Notes: generated by a model not told the origin, from the sequence alone. 64,000 nt of DNA from Lama guanicoe (GCA_013239625.1 MU057222.1:5295153-5359152); one strand, 5' to 3'. Positions 48,690-62,264 are shown, counted from the stretch's first letter. A program made the numbers and translations.

Positions 48690-49620
48690 AATGTATTGTG
48701 TGTGTTTGGGCCCTTATGCTTTAGACTTTGGGCAGCCATGAAAAGTGTTTGAGCAGGAGAACAACCAGCTTTGATGTGTGTTTAAGAAAGGGTAACACTT
48801 AACACTGTGTCACAATATAAGGTGCAGATCAGTGAGGTGAGATTATGGCATTAAATAACGTGGAAGGTAGTCAGATCTTGAAACAAAGAGTATTAGTGAG
48901 AATAGAAAGGAAAGAAGAAACACAAAAGAGACATATTTTCAACAAAATTGACAGAATTTGACTACTAATCAAACATGGGACAAAAAAGAGGGAAGAATGA
49001 AAGACTATCAACATTCTGAGCTAATGTGACTAGAAAGATCTTAATTAACAGAAATAGGAAGAAGTCAATGTTCTGGAGGGAAAAGGATGAATTTAGACTT
49101 GAACCTATTACCATCAACACACTGGTAGAACCTATGGGTGGAAACTTCTAGCCAGGAGTTGGCGAAGCCAGATGGGGTGGGACAGGGAGCTGGGATAGTG
49201 GTTAGGGCTGGAGAGGAGGTTTTGGAAATGAGTCACAAAACCAGAAGAGTTAAAGCCATGAGACTGAATGAGTTTTCCAAGAGAACGTGTAGAAGAGAGG
49301 ATGAAGAAGAGAGTCAAGGGCAGATTCTTATGTTTGAAACTGGGAAAGAAGAGGAAGTGGAGGAGACCTAGGGATAAAAGGGGGGGATAAGAAGAGTATA
49401 TTATCAGGGAAGCCAAAGGAATTGAGAATTTCCTAGGTGTGGGGACACGGTTAGGGGTGGGGGAACAGGGCCAAACATATAAAGTGACAAAGCAAAATGA
49501 GAAGAAGATAAACAACACTGCATTTGGTAACCAGCTGACTGTTGACCTTTAAAAAATGATTATGGAGGGATAAAAGCCGAAGTCTAATTGCAAGGATTAA
49601 GAAGGGAGCAGAACTGCATC
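48690..49620 (-). mobile_element. L2 fragment
   Basis: Purine-rich L2 body (GAGTTAAAGCCATGAGACTGAATGAG...). Confidence 0.65.
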
Positions 49621-51584
49621 CATTAGAATGGATGCAGTTGACAAAGATGACTTTTTAAAGAAATGTTATGGTGGAGAGAAAGAGTGAAGTCACTTGCTTC
49701 AGGGGGTCAGCAGACTGGAGGGAAAGTGGTTTTCTTTATGGTTTTTTTTTTTTTTTGGTTGGTTTTTGGATAAGAAAAGTGAATGTGACTATAGTCAGGG
49801 AGCATGATCCAGCGGTGGAGCTAAAGAGAGAAAAGTAAGAGAGAGAGAATGTGAAGCTGACAGAGCAAAGCTTCAGGGCAGGTGGAGGAGCTCCAGTCTA
49901 GAGACCACAATGGCAATCCTGCCCAGAAGGAGGATGTCAAAGGGGCAGGTAGAAGTTGGAGTGGTAGCATCATAACAGAGAAGTCTAGGGTGGACAGAAA
50001 AGAATGATGGGGAGAGACAAGGGAGGTAGACCAGATGCTGGAGGTGACAGTGGATGAACAGTGTGGTGGGACTGATGGGGTGGGACAGGCTGGTGAGGGC
50101 TGGATAAGAGCAGATTTCCTTTGGGTTTGTCCCTTCTAAATCTAGAAGTCTCCCCACTCCACCAAACTTATGCCCTCCCCAACCTCCCCCACATAAATGC
50201 CAGCCTGTATGACATATAAAATCTTATGAATCATGAAACCCAAATATCTAATTTAATCCTAAAATTACCTTCTACACTGCTATTTTGTACCTTGTGTTTT
50301 TGCTAATTATGGTATTAACCAGTCAATGTTTTAATATTTTTTTAATTCCAAAAGATGAAGAAGACCAAAAAATTTATAAATAGACTAATCCACATTGCTA
50401 GTTTCTGTGTTTCCTCAAAAGACAGGATGCCAGATAGAAGACATTTTTGAGATACAATCTGTTATCAGTCTAAGTGCCGTAAGTCTGGGCATTTTAAGAA
50501 ACTTAAATCACAGTGCGGTGTTTGCACTGCTACTTGTAAAGCCTATTTCTGCTGATAGTACCTGACTCTCTTGCTGACGAGGAAAGAATTGAGAAGTTGG
50601 AGTCACTGCATGATGGTTTTGGCAGGAGCTTTTCCGTTTTTCTCCACCACTGCGTGGTCTGGTTGGGGAAACTGAAGGATTGTTTGGTGATTTTTTGCTT
50701 TAGTTCTATTTATCTTCTAATGTTTCTGGTTGTTTGATTTATAATTAAAATCAGACACTATGGATGCTGTGAGACAGAGAGAAGGAGAGGGAGGGAGGAA
50801 GAAAGGAAGAGACAGAAAAGACACAAAAAGAATCAGCGTAGGATCTGAATCCTGGTTTGGATTCTGGGCTTTTCTGTGAAAGAGACAGTCCCCCAGAACT
50901 AAACTCACCATTTACTTAAGGGGAAATAAATTCCCCAGTAGAAACAACAATGGCAACTTCATGGTTCATGTCTGTGTGGTGCTTTGTGAATCTCTCTCTA
51001 GCCAAAAGGCTCCAGGGCTTAGGGTCCACAGAGCCTGCTGTCCAGGGCATAAGTCCCCTGTCCGATTCTCCATCCTGATGCCTAGATTTAATGATGGCCC
51101 CAATAGCTTTTATTTCTCTCATCAGCAACCTGACTCACTGTTATGCATCTTACTGACTTTGCTTCCAATAGGCAGCAAATCATTTCCCATGTTCCCTTAA
51201 GCATCATTCACATCTTCCCTTACTATCCCCACTTCTTCCGTGCCTTTGTCCTTGGACTTCAAGGAAGCAGACAGAGTCTGCCAGTTTTATCAGGTATGAA
51301 AGTCACTGGGGACTTCCTCAGAAGGCAGAGCCCTGAAGTCAGAGCCATTTGCACAAGAGGGCTAAAGCCCCTAGGCAGGAAGAAGGGAGGCCCTTGTCCA
51401 AGGGGTGGTCTGTGCAGTGCCAGCCTTCCAGATCTTTCCTACATGTGCCTTGCAGAGTTCTCACCCGGACCCGGGCCTGCCCTCCATGGGCTGTGTGCTG
51501 TGCCCTGGACCTGGACTCCCTTCTCCCTTTTATCAGCACTTACCTGCCCTGTGCCTTCTTCTTGTCACCATTCTTTTAGATGAG

Positions 51585-51820
51585 AGGCAGCCAAAGACAG
51601 AGGCTAGACAGGTGAAAGTTGGAGGTGAACCCTTGGGATCTGAATCACAGCTATGCCAGATATTGGCTGTGTGATCTTGGGTGAGTTATGTGACTTCTCT
51701 GCCCTTTTCTTCCCTTGTCTGTAGGAAAGCAATAATAATAATAGCCCTATAATAGGGCTTCATGAGGAACAATGACTTAAATTGCGCATGAGCGTTCTGT
51801 GATGCCAGATGAATGTGTGT
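51585..51820 (+). mobile_element. MIR
   Basis: GGCTGTGTGATCTTGGGTGAGTTATGTGACTTCTCTG core. Confidence 0.7.
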
Positions 51821-52603
51821 TAGTGCCTGAAACTTAACAATTCAAAGGTGTTAAAAATGGTCATTGTTTTATGTGTTGTTCCTTCTGTGCTTTTTGTATC
51901 TAAATGAGAGCCTTATGGAAAGGGCCCAAGGAATTAACTTTAAGGGACGGAACTTTAGGGACAATGCGGGGATCCTCTCATCACTCTTAAATCACACTAA
52001 CGCAGCTGTCCAAAACCCTGGTCCTTCCGGGCAGATATTTCCTAGTACTCTCTTTTAAGCAAGAAGAATGGAGGCTGAATGGGGGTGGGGGCGGGGGGGG
52101 GGGCTCCTTCTGAATCATCACAGGCCAAAGACTTAATTAATCCAGGAAGCAAGTTGGTCAGAGCTAAACCAGGGTCAAAGTCATTCTCTATAGTAAATAC
52201 CATAGCACAAAGGAAAGAACGGTGCATTTAACTACCTGCCACTCTTTATTTAGATTTTATTTTTTCCATCCTTGATACAAAGGTTAGTAGCTGATAGGAT
52301 GCCCCTAAAGTAAAAATGTTAGTAAAGAAAATCATCCAAAATAGAAAGTTAATAACACAGACTCAGATGATTTACCTCTGAATGATCATTATATGCCTCA
52401 AAGATGTCTAAATATGACTAAACTTTATTCCCTAGGAATAAAAAGCAAAGACAGGCATAGAGGGGTGAAAGCTGGATTCTGAAGAGTAGACACTGAGGCA
52501 CTAATGCTAAGGTCTCCCCTTTGCCCTGCACTGATGGCTCTCCAACATTGGTAGAATCTGAACTCACAGAACGACCTGTGTCTGTGATTACTATTACCAC
52601 TGC

Positions 52604-53222
52604 TGTCAGTATTATTTGGCTGTTCAGTTTCTGCACCAGTTTTAAGAAGATTTCTTTTCCTATACCTCTTTCTTTCTTTCTTTTTTAATGGAGGTACTGG
52701 GGGTTGAACTCAGGACCTCATGCATGCTAAGCATCCTATACCTCTTGATGCTTTCCATAGCAGAAGCTGAAGACTCCCTCTCAAAGCCTTACCAGCAGCT
52801 GGGGCTCAGATTATGACTGAGGCTCTGCTGTCTGATGCATGCATTGCAGTCTTTAGCTAGTGGTGTGAACAATCAGAGATAAGGAGGATCTCTGCTGGCA
52901 GTTGGCAGTGGCGGTGTCAACACTGTGGACTTTCTAGTGGCAGCAGTGGCTGGGAAGCCCCAGATGCGCATGTACCTGGTGACATCAGAGGGCAAGTTGT
53001 GGTGTCCAGCAAATGTTATCCACCCTAGATGAGCTCTGGAGCAAGATTTTGGCTGTGGTCCTGACTGCTGCCAGGCCTCATTTGTTCCTGCTCAATTTCT
53101 AAGCCTGGTTCTGAAGTCTGTGAAATACACAATATTCTTTTATTAAAAAAAAATTTTTTTTTTGCTTTTAATCTGTCACATCTGTTTCAGTTGTTTGCAA
53201 CTATAAAACCCTGACTAATACA
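52604..53222 (+). mobile_element. LTR33/LTR16-like ERVL LTR
   Basis: Begins TGTCAGTATTATTTGGCTGTTCAG and ends GTTGTTTGCAACTATAAAACCCTGACTAATACA. Confidence 0.6.
52671..52734 (-). mobile_element. 5'-truncated camelid-type tRNA-derived SINE
   Basis: Reverse complement of the same SINE family as 39253-39379; perfect 12-bp TSD CCTATACCTCTT at 52659-52670 and 52735-52746. Confidence 0.85.
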
Positions 53223-53249
53223 ACTGGTGAGATTAGTTTTTACTTTGAT

Positions 53250-54820
53250 GGCTGGGACTGCCAGCCATCTGCCAGTTTTCTCCATTTAATCTTTAGGTAA
53301 TAGAACTCCGGATTTTAGCTGCATTCAATATCATCCGTGTCTTTTCTGGGTCATTTGGATCAACTGATTTTTCTCCTCATTATGTGTTGCATTTCCCAGC
53401 TTTTTTGCATGCCTGATAATTTTTGGCTGGATGTTAAACACTGTGAATTTTAGCTTGTTAGGTGCTGGATAATTTTGTATTCCTGTAAATATTCTTGAGT
53501 TTTGTTACGGGATGCAATTAAGTCACCTGGTATATTAGTCTCCTGATAATGCTGCAACAAATCACCTCAAATTTAGTGGCTCAAGACAATAGAAATATAT
53601 TCTTTAGGCCAGAAGTCTGAAACCAAGGTGTCAGCAAAGCATCTCCAGAGGCTGCAGGGGAGAATATATTTCTTGCCTCTTTCAGCTCCAGGTGGTGCCC
53701 AGGCTTCCTTGACCACATCACTCCAGTCTCTGCCTACTGCCTTCACATTGCCTTCCCTCTGTGTGGATCTCTTCTGCCTCTGCCTCCTTCTCATAAGGAC
53801 ACTGGTGATGGTATTTAGGGCCCACCTAGATAATCCAGGATTATCTCTTCATCTCAAGATCCCTTTTTCCAACTAAGGGAACATTTAGAGTTTCCAGGGA
53901 TTAGGACTTGATATCCTTGGGCCACCATTCATCCCATTACATTTGGAAATAATTTATTCCTTTAGATCTTCTTTTAAGCTTTGTTAGGTGGGACCAGAGT
54001 AGTGTTTAAGCTAGAACCCCTTTTGTCCCACTTCTGCCTGATGGCCCATGAATTAGAAGATTTCTACTCTGGCTAGTGGAAGAGGAGCTGTTCCTGCCTC
54101 TGTGTGAGCTCTAAAGAATTTTCCTTCTAATGCTCTCAGGTGATGCTTTCCCAGGGCTTGGCTAGTTTCTGCACACACATGCAGTAATCCGTGCTCAGGT
54201 TAGACCCGGTTGGGGGTGGACTCTGCAGGCGCCCAGTTGTCTCTGTGCAGCATTCTCTTTCCTACTTCTGCCCTGCGAGTCCTACTTGGGCTTCCCAGGA
54301 TTCCCAGCCCCACTGCTTCCACTTTGGATTTCCCCATCTTGCACCATAGTCTGGGATGACCACAGGGCTCACCTCATTTCTGTCCTGTATCTCAGGGATT
54401 TCTGTCCTTTGTTGCCTGCTGTCCTCTATCTGGAAAACCATCGTCTCATGTTTTGTCTTTTTGTTGTTGTTTGGAGTAAGAGCATAAACCCAGTTCTGTT
54501 ACCCTATCTTGGCTGGAAGTAGAAAGCAGTGTTTTTTTAAAATAAAAATTATGACCAAGTGTGCCTTCCACTTCCCCTTTCTCCTTTCTTATTCATTGGA
54601 CTATGAGGGTGATGGGGTGGGGCGTGCAGCCATCATGGATTATGAGGTAAGAGCTGGCTGTTGATGCTAATAGAAAAATGAGATGGAAGGGACCTGGCTG
54701 AAACCCTGCACTGCCTTCCCAGACTCTTCCTTACAGAGAGATACGTTTCTATCTTGTTCAAACCATTGTGTTTTTAGATCTCTCTGTTTCTCTGGCTTAA
54801 CTGGTACCCAATTAATACAA
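53250..54820. mobile_element. Nested repeats: old MLT1-like LTR > L1MC-like 3' end (minus; 53335-53530 and 53940-54545) > MLT1B/C LTR (minus; 53530-53940)
   Basis: MLT1B/C signature CTCATAAGGACACTGGTGATGGTATTTAGGGCCCACCTAGATAATCCAGG; L1MC-type TTTGCATGCCTGATAATTTTTGGCTGGATG; LTR end TCTATCTTGTTCAAACCATTG...TAATACA. Confidence 0.6.
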
Positions 54821-55109
54821 TTATAGTACATCATAGCGTCATCTCTTTTTGCTCTTTCTGGCTGAAAGATTTGAAAAATAATCCAGTTTTTCATTGGTGT
54901 CTGTCAGCCACAGCAGCAGTCTGTAGGCACACCCTCCTCAACAATTCAGAAGTAATTCCCAGTGGGAATAAGTGCCTATGTGTGTGTGTGCATAAGTGTG
55001 TACCTGTGTGTGCTGCATAGCTCAACACTGTAACTTACTTTTCTTCCAACAGAGTTTCTAAACACGATAAATAACACTTAATAGCATTTTATGACATCTA
55101 ACTTCTAGT

Positions 55110-55440
55110 CTAGGGGCCATAAAACTATGACCTGAGGGCTAAATCCAGCTCATCACTTGGTTTTATACAACGCACAAGCTAAGAAGGCTTTCTACATTTT
55201 TTAAGGAGAAAAAAAAATCAAAAGAATTTTTTGACACGTGAAAATTATACGAAATTCAAATTTCAGTGTCTATATATGAAGTTTTATTGGAACACAGCCA
55301 TGCTTGTTCATTGATGTGTTATCTACAGCTGCTTCCGTGCCTTAAGGGCAGAGTGTAGTAGCTGTGACAGAGACTGAGTGGCAGGCAGTGCCTAACGTGT
55401 ACACTATCTGGCCCTTGCAGAAAAAGTATCCTGACCCCTA
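55110..55440 (+). mobile_element. MER58B-like hAT-Charlie element
   Basis: GTGAAAATTATACGAAATTCAAATTTCAGTGTC...GTTTTATTGGAACACAGCCATGC...ACTATCTGGCCCTT. Confidence 0.8.
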
Positions 55441-55828
55441 TTTTAGTCCAAATAATACTGTTTTAAGCTCTAGCTCTACCATTCAACTAGCATTTGGATG
55501 GCACTGATATAGGACATAAAGAAGATCATTACGTAGAGCAACGGTAAGTGATAAAAGAAACAGAGCAACAGCCAATGAGAGGCACCAGGTTCACTCCCAG
55601 TTCTGGAGCATGTAAACAGCGGCGTGTTCACACATCACAGTCAATAGCTGTGGGGCTGCTGCTCCCCAGGGAGTTTGAGCCGCCAGGTTTGAGCCTAAGC
55701 AAGGTTATCTATTCACACAGCCGACCAGATTGAGAATGACTGCTCTTGAAGTTCCCCTCACCTCTACCTCCAGAAAGATAAAGGGGATTCATATTTTGAA
55801 AGTTTTTGTTTATAAAGAGTGTATTGGA

Positions 55829-55833
55829 GATAC

Positions 55834-55881
<48 letters not shown>

Positions 55882-55985
55882 GGATTTGATAGAGTGTATA
55901 CATCTATCAGAATTCATCAAATTGTACATCTGAAATATGTGTAGTTCACTATACAGGAACCATACCACAATAAAGGTTTTTGAAA
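55829..55985 (+). mobile_element. Short L1 3'-end fragment with (TA)n(GA)n, flanked by a 15-bp direct repeat
   Basis: AAAGAGTGTATTGGA at 55814-55828 and 55986-56000; L1M-type end CATCAAATTGTACA...CAATAAAG. Confidence 0.65.
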
Positions 55986-58037
55986 AAAGAGTGTATTGGA
56001 ACATTTCAAATCCTCATAATTCAAACTGACCAGCAATGCAACCACACTATAACGGTAAATGGGACTCTCTCTTTCCCACAGAGAAGGATCTTGCTTCTAT
56101 CTCATGCTTTACTCCACAGATCAGAAGTTTCAGAGAACTGTTGACTAACGAGAGAGGAAATGCTTACTTTGTTCCTGATTCTAGTGGGATTCTAAGTTAA
56201 AAACCCCTAAACTGCATAATCTCTCAGGCTCTGTTCATGTCTGAGGGAGAAGTAACATTTGTCAAGCACTGTTAGACATAGGAGTCTACGCAGAATCAAG
56301 GGCTGATGTTAATACCATCTCTGGTCAGGAAATTGAGGAATAGTGGAATATTACCCTAAATGTCCCACTTTTGGAGGACTCCCTGAGAGAGACAGGTGTA
56401 CTCATTATGAAACCAGATAAAGTAATACGTTGTTCTCAGAAGGGTTGAGATCTCACATGCAATGTAGGATCCAGGGAGCCAGGCTGAACCCATGGAATCT
56501 TCCTTTTGTTCCATGGAAGACAGGTCTGAAGAGTTGTATCTCTGTCAATCTCTGCAGCAAGGTTCAAAAATACTGGATTAAAGGAAGGCTCTACGCAGCA
56601 AAAGAAAGTCTTGCTTTGTGGTCTAGAGAGGAGCTGACCTGGGCTCTCCATGCAGGCCCCTGGGCCAGGCCAGTGGCCCCGGAGGATGGCGTCCAGGGAG
56701 CGAGAAAGAAAGCAGGTGAGTAGGTCTCCCTAATTCTGAGGAGCAAGCGTTGGGCCACCTAACTTCATTGTCCTCAAAGTAGAAGAGAAAAGGGAGGCAC
56801 CTGGAGAGGGAGTGGACTGTCCCCACCTCTGAGACTCTGGTCGAAGGCAGTTGACTGCAGCTTCACAGAGAGAAAGATGTCAGCCTCCTGGATGGGTGTG
56901 GCACCTTTATCTCAGCCCACTGATGTTCTCTCCAAAGGCTCATCGGCTGATAAATTTCCTTAAAGTCACCGCCACACTGCACAGGAGGGGAGGGAGGTGG
57001 ATAGGAGTGTTGAGCACCTCCTGACGGCCAGGGTCAACTACAAACCAGAAGCACCCAATGGTGTTCCAAGTCGACCTTCAAGGCACCCCTTTGAGGCGGA
57101 CTGATTGCATCATTTAACAAGCAAGGAAACTGAGGCTTAAAAAGGCTAAGGATTTCAGGAGGCCATGTGGTACAGTGGAAAAATCACAGGCATCAGAGTC
57201 AAACAAACCTAGGTGACTTAGCCAGCTACGGACTACACGATTTAGCCGAGCTACTTTGAAGGTTAATGTAGAACTAAAGTGAAATCACACTGCATGTGCA
57301 GGATTAGCAAAGCCTGGCATGTAGTAGATGTGTGGTAATTTTAGTTATTTTTCTTTCTTTGTGCAAGATCACAGGGTCAGTAAGCATCCCTAGGAGCAGG
57401 GGTCCAAACCCTGGTCATCCTGATCTGGAACCCCAGGCATTCTTCCCTCAGGGATGCCTTCCTCTCAGCTCCCCCTGAGAATAAAACCCAGGTTCCCTTT
57501 TCAAAGACCTTCCCGGTTAAGCTGGTTCACCTTCACATCTAAGAAATAAGAAGATGGTTCCCAGACAATCCCTTTTTGGGGATGGAGTGCTGTCCTTCCC
57601 CATAACCTCTTCACTCTCACCTTGGGGGAAATATAAACATTCCTTGGTGAGGGGCTGGAACTCAGAAGACTGGCTAGACTTGCCTGTTTCAAGTGATTTT
57701 TTTGGTGGGGGGTGGGGGGAGGGCTCACAAGGGAAACCCTTGAAGGGAATCCCTCTAGGCAGCAAAGTCCATCCCTTTTATGGACAGATTCTCCTGCGGC
57801 TGCATAGCAAACCCTGAACAAATTTTTTGGCAGGCACAAAGCTACAGATCTTTTTGTCCAAAAGGCAAACATGTTTCTCTGAATTCATAACAGCAGCTCA
57901 GTTTGAAAGGTTTTCAGATCCCATTGAACGCCTCTTCTATCCAGACATTTCTCAGACTTAATAAATAGTAAGAGGCTAAAGCCAAAAAAGATCCCCCTAT
58001 TTACAAAAATGATTTGTCCAACTGGCTACTTCTAAAT

Positions 58038-58238
58038 CAGGGTCTCCCAACCTCAGCACTACTGACATTTTCAACGAGGCATTTCTTTGAACTGTGGAAT
58101 GTTCAGCAGCATCCCTGGCCTCTACCCTGACAGTAGCCCTGCCCCACCCTACCTCCCAGGTTGTGACAATTAAAAATGTCTCCAGACATTGTCAAATGTC
58201 CCCTGGGAGTTAAAATCACCCCCATCTGGGAACCACTA
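58038..58238 (+). mobile_element. MER20 hAT-Charlie element
   Basis: CAACCTCAGCACTACTGACATTTT...CAGCAGCATCCCTGGCCTCTACCC...AAAAATGTCTCCAGACATTG; 8-bp TSD TTCTAAAT/TTCTAAAC. Confidence 0.85.
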
Positions 58239-58834
58239 TTCTAAACAGACTTGGTATGAGGTTTAAAATAGGTTTTAAGCCTCCAGTTTTTTTAAATTTT
58301 CCTTCCATACTGGACAACTCAAGTCCTTAGTGAACCAAAAGGGAATCTGGGGGGTGCCAATTATGGATGGACTTAAGGGTGCTGAGACCAGTGGTGTACA
58401 GCACAATATTGAGATGCTCGCCATCTTAATGCCAGGACAAGAGGACCAGGGAAGGGCACTGAGCCAAACTGATCCTAAATGACCCATTAGATGAAGAAAG
58501 CTTGTCTGAAATATTAAAAATCCCAGGCCAAGATGCAGAAACTGCATAGAAACTTCAAAGTACCCTGAACACAATTCACATGAGATCTCATTTAATCCCT
58601 GTTAGTTATAAAAGATATAGATACCGTATCAGAGGGAAGCAAAACTTGAAAAGTTTAAGTAATTTATCCAAGGTCAGTCAGCTGATAGCTGGTAGAGAGG
58701 GGCTTAATACTCAGATCTGGCTGGGGTGAGAGTTATTAGACATCAACTAGTGTCTGTGTTTGGCCAAGGACTTTAACATGTTGATTATTTTAATCATAAT
58801 GGTTGGGTTAATCATATTGTAAAATTGGGACAGA

Positions 58835-59130
58835 GGCTGTTTTTGTTTTTTTGTTTTGTTCTGTTTAAATTCCACATACAAGTGAGATCATATTGTATTT
58901 GTCTTTGTCTGACTTATTTCACCTATGTAATACCCTCAAGGTCCATCCTTGTTGTCACAAATGGCAGTTTCATNNNNNNNNNNNNNNNNNNNNNNNNNNN
59001 NNNNNNNNNNNNNNNNNNNNNNNNNNNNNNNNNNNNNNNNNNNNNNNNNNNNNNNNNNNNNNNNNNNNNNNNNNNNNNNNNNNNNNNNNNNNNNNNNNNN
59101 NNNNNNNNNNNNNNNNNNNNNNNNNNNNNN
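58835..59130 (-). mobile_element. L1 3' fragment (N gap 58974-59130)
   Basis: TTCCACATACAAGTGAGATCATATTGTATTTGTCTTTGTCTGACTTATTTCAC. Confidence 0.75.
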
Positions 59131-62100
59131 TTTAATGTGAACATTTACCTGTGAATAAATGGTAGGATGTCTGTGCACAATACACATAGTAAAAATTTCT
59201 ACTTATTAGAACCCAATCCTTCTAGATTATTAAATTTGCCAGAATGGTTTACTCTAATTTTAAGAGAAAGGTGCAAATAGAGTAAAAAGCTACAGTTATG
59301 GACTCAAAGAAAAACCCCATGGTGGATCTTCAGTATAGATTCACACATAGGTAGCACCAAATGGAAACCCCTTGGCAAAATATTGAGATTGCTTTCCATA
59401 AATCACACCAGACAACAACCCCCAATGCTATAAAAGCTTACCTATGTGATCAAAATATTCTTCAGACAACCGACTCGAAATCCATAAACATATAGTAATT
59501 ACCATTTATTGATCACTTACAGTTATTTCTATAGCAATGCTGTAAGGTGAGGACCACTATCCCCACTGATTGGGATAAGGACACTGTGGCCAAGAAAGGC
59601 AGAGTAACTTGTCCAAGGTCACACAGCTAGTTACTGGGGTTGGCTCTAGACCCCTCAGTCTTTCCCCTAAGTCATGCCGACCCCTCACGTCCTCCCCCAA
59701 CAGACTGCCATCTGGTTATATTCAGTGCAGTTTTTGCTCAAGTAGAACAGTAAACTCAGACATTTTTATCCACAAAGGCTGAAACAAAATCATGCTTTGT
59801 GCTCAGTTCAGAGAACTGGAGAATTCCAGGGCTGTCAGGGACACTAGGTCATGAAGTCCCCATCTCTTTTTCTGCAGATGAGCTAAACCAGGCTCAGTGA
59901 ATTGAAAGGTCCAAAGTCACAGCATTAGTCGCTGCAGCTAACTAGAAAATTAAGTTAAGTAAGTCCAAATCCCCATTCTTGAAAATACCGTATTCCTAAG
60001 TGTTCTCTTTTGCCCTCGAGGGCACATTCTTCCCTCCCAGAGGGCTGCTTTTCTGCTCTCACACCGCTGGTGGGGGCCTCCCAAACGTACCATCTTGCCT
60101 CCCTCCAGGGCGGGTGGGGGCCCAGTAGGAGTAGCCCCGCGGGGTTGCTGGGGTGCAGGTAGGGAGGAGACCTAGGAGGTCTATCTGGCAGACCACAGCT
60201 TTGCTAAGAAGCTCTGTGGCAAAAAACTAAATCAACAGTTCCCAACTCCTTGCTTGATACTATTACTTTTATAATCTATGGTTCCCTTTAAATATAGTGT
60301 AACATAACAGGCTTATAATTCAAAACACATTTGTACAAAATGTAAAATATGTACTGTACAAGCCCATGAATATAAGAAGCAATGTTCCCTTCAGGCCTCC
60401 TATTGAAAGCAGACAATACTTCTTCAAACAATCTGACATTTTTCGTGTTTGCTTTCACCCTTTGCATTATCCACTCACTGCTGTTTCCCTATTGATCAAC
60501 TGTTAAGTTTCGCCTGGGTCCTCTGGCGGTTATGTGAAGGCATGTTAAGCGCTTGTTTTCTTTCAGGACAGACATTCCCCGCTGTGCTTTTCCTGGATTT
60601 GGACTATTTTTATTATTTACTTTATGTTGTCATGGAGATGGGGAGATCACAGATGTTAAAAGTTGGAATCCAGGGCCACAGGAGACATTTATCATTATAC
60701 TTTGTATGAAGTGCACCCTTGTTCCCTGTTTCTGCAAAGCCTAGTGTTTATTTTATAAAGAAGTTACTAATGAGGACTCGAGCCCAATGAATAATACGAA
60801 ACTCGCCTCCACCTCCATGGCACATATGCTTCACAACAGTGAGGGGTCTTATTGGAGAGCAAGGTGGGCCTCGTGGAAACATGGAGACGAGCAGCTGTCT
60901 GTCAGTTCTCCCTCTTGTACAAAACAGAATGGTGCATCATAACAAGAGACCCATTCATCATTCTTTCCCAGACCCCCGAAGAAGAGAAATGTTCCCAACT
61001 TATTTCAATCACAATCTGCAAGGAAACAAAGAACCAGGGGGCTCACCAGGACACTGCCATATCACTGATGAATGTTTGCAGGATATCAGTGAACAAAGTG
61101 TGAGTCTGAACAAAATGAAGCACGGTGGGCAATGCTTACAAGGTTACATGCTAAAGCCATACTGTTTAGCTACTACCCAGAGTAGGGGTTAAAAAAAGAG
61201 CAACCTCTATTATTTTCAAGGTTCTGTGTAACTCAAAGTACAACTGAATTGAAATAGAGATAAAAACAAGAACTCAAAAACTCACTGCAGGTATTTTTGG
61301 TTTGATTCCAAACATTTTGGCTTTTAAACAATTACCTTACAGAGTTCATTCTCCTAAGGGTCAATCGAAGTAACTGGTGGTTACTGTCGCTCTGTCCAAA
61401 CCAGATGGAGGTCCTTAACAGTTCCCTTCTGAAAACAGGAAAGGTCACTGATGTCTAAAGAAAACAAAGCAAATAAACATCCAATAAGGACAAAAGCCTG
61501 CCCCCCTGCTACAATATTCCAGTGCTTCAAGAAATCTCTTAATTACCCTCTCCAACTTCTCTGGCTCCCTTTTTCCAGGGGACTTTGATGACGGTCCCAT
61601 TTTCTTGGACTCTTGCTACTTGACTTTTTGGATCCCCCAGGTTTTACCTGAGCACTGTGTTTGAGACTTTCCATGAATCTGCACCAGTTCCCTAGTCAGC
61701 CTCATAAGCTCCTCCTGCCCCCAAATCTGGTCTTCGGGACCCCAGCCCAACATTTACCTTGTAAACATATTTGAACATGTTTTTCATCCTTTCTGTCTTT
61801 CCTCTTTCTTTTTTCTTTCATTCTCACTCTCTCTCCACCTCTCCCTTTCCTTCTTGCTTGAAGCTCACATTTTCTCTTTAAACAGTCATTTTTCTTTTCC
61901 CAGTAGCCTTTGTAATTTGGTTTGAAAACTATCATTGATATAGCTACAACATTACAAAAAACAATGGTGGCAGAAAGAACACTGGACTAGTTTAAGGCTT
62001 TCATTCTCACATTTACTAGCTGTAGGGAATTGGGAAAGTACTTAATGTCCCAAACCCTGGGTTTCCTCATTTGAAAAATGAGAATAATATTCTATACTTA

Positions 62101-62264
62101 ATAGATCTGTGAAGCTAGCATGGAAGAAAACCCCTGGCAGATTCTCACCAAAAGCGACTCATTCATTTAACTCAAAGATTCATTTGGCAAGTGTTACTCA
62201 TCTAGGTATGACATCTAGGTAATGGCGATGATATTTTCAAAAAGTGAAAAAATCCAGACACAGT

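Noticed and set aside
30165-59130. N runs of similar length (about 150-195 nt) and ORFs that span them
   Set aside because: Assembly gaps; three of the five lie in the same high-copy L1 3' region, as expected for short-read scaffolds. The X-filled ORFs are artefacts.
60050-60180. Small GC-rich patch with a CTCF-like CCACCAGCGG on the minus strand
   Set aside because: Too short for a CpG island, and the 3' half of the motif is a poor match.
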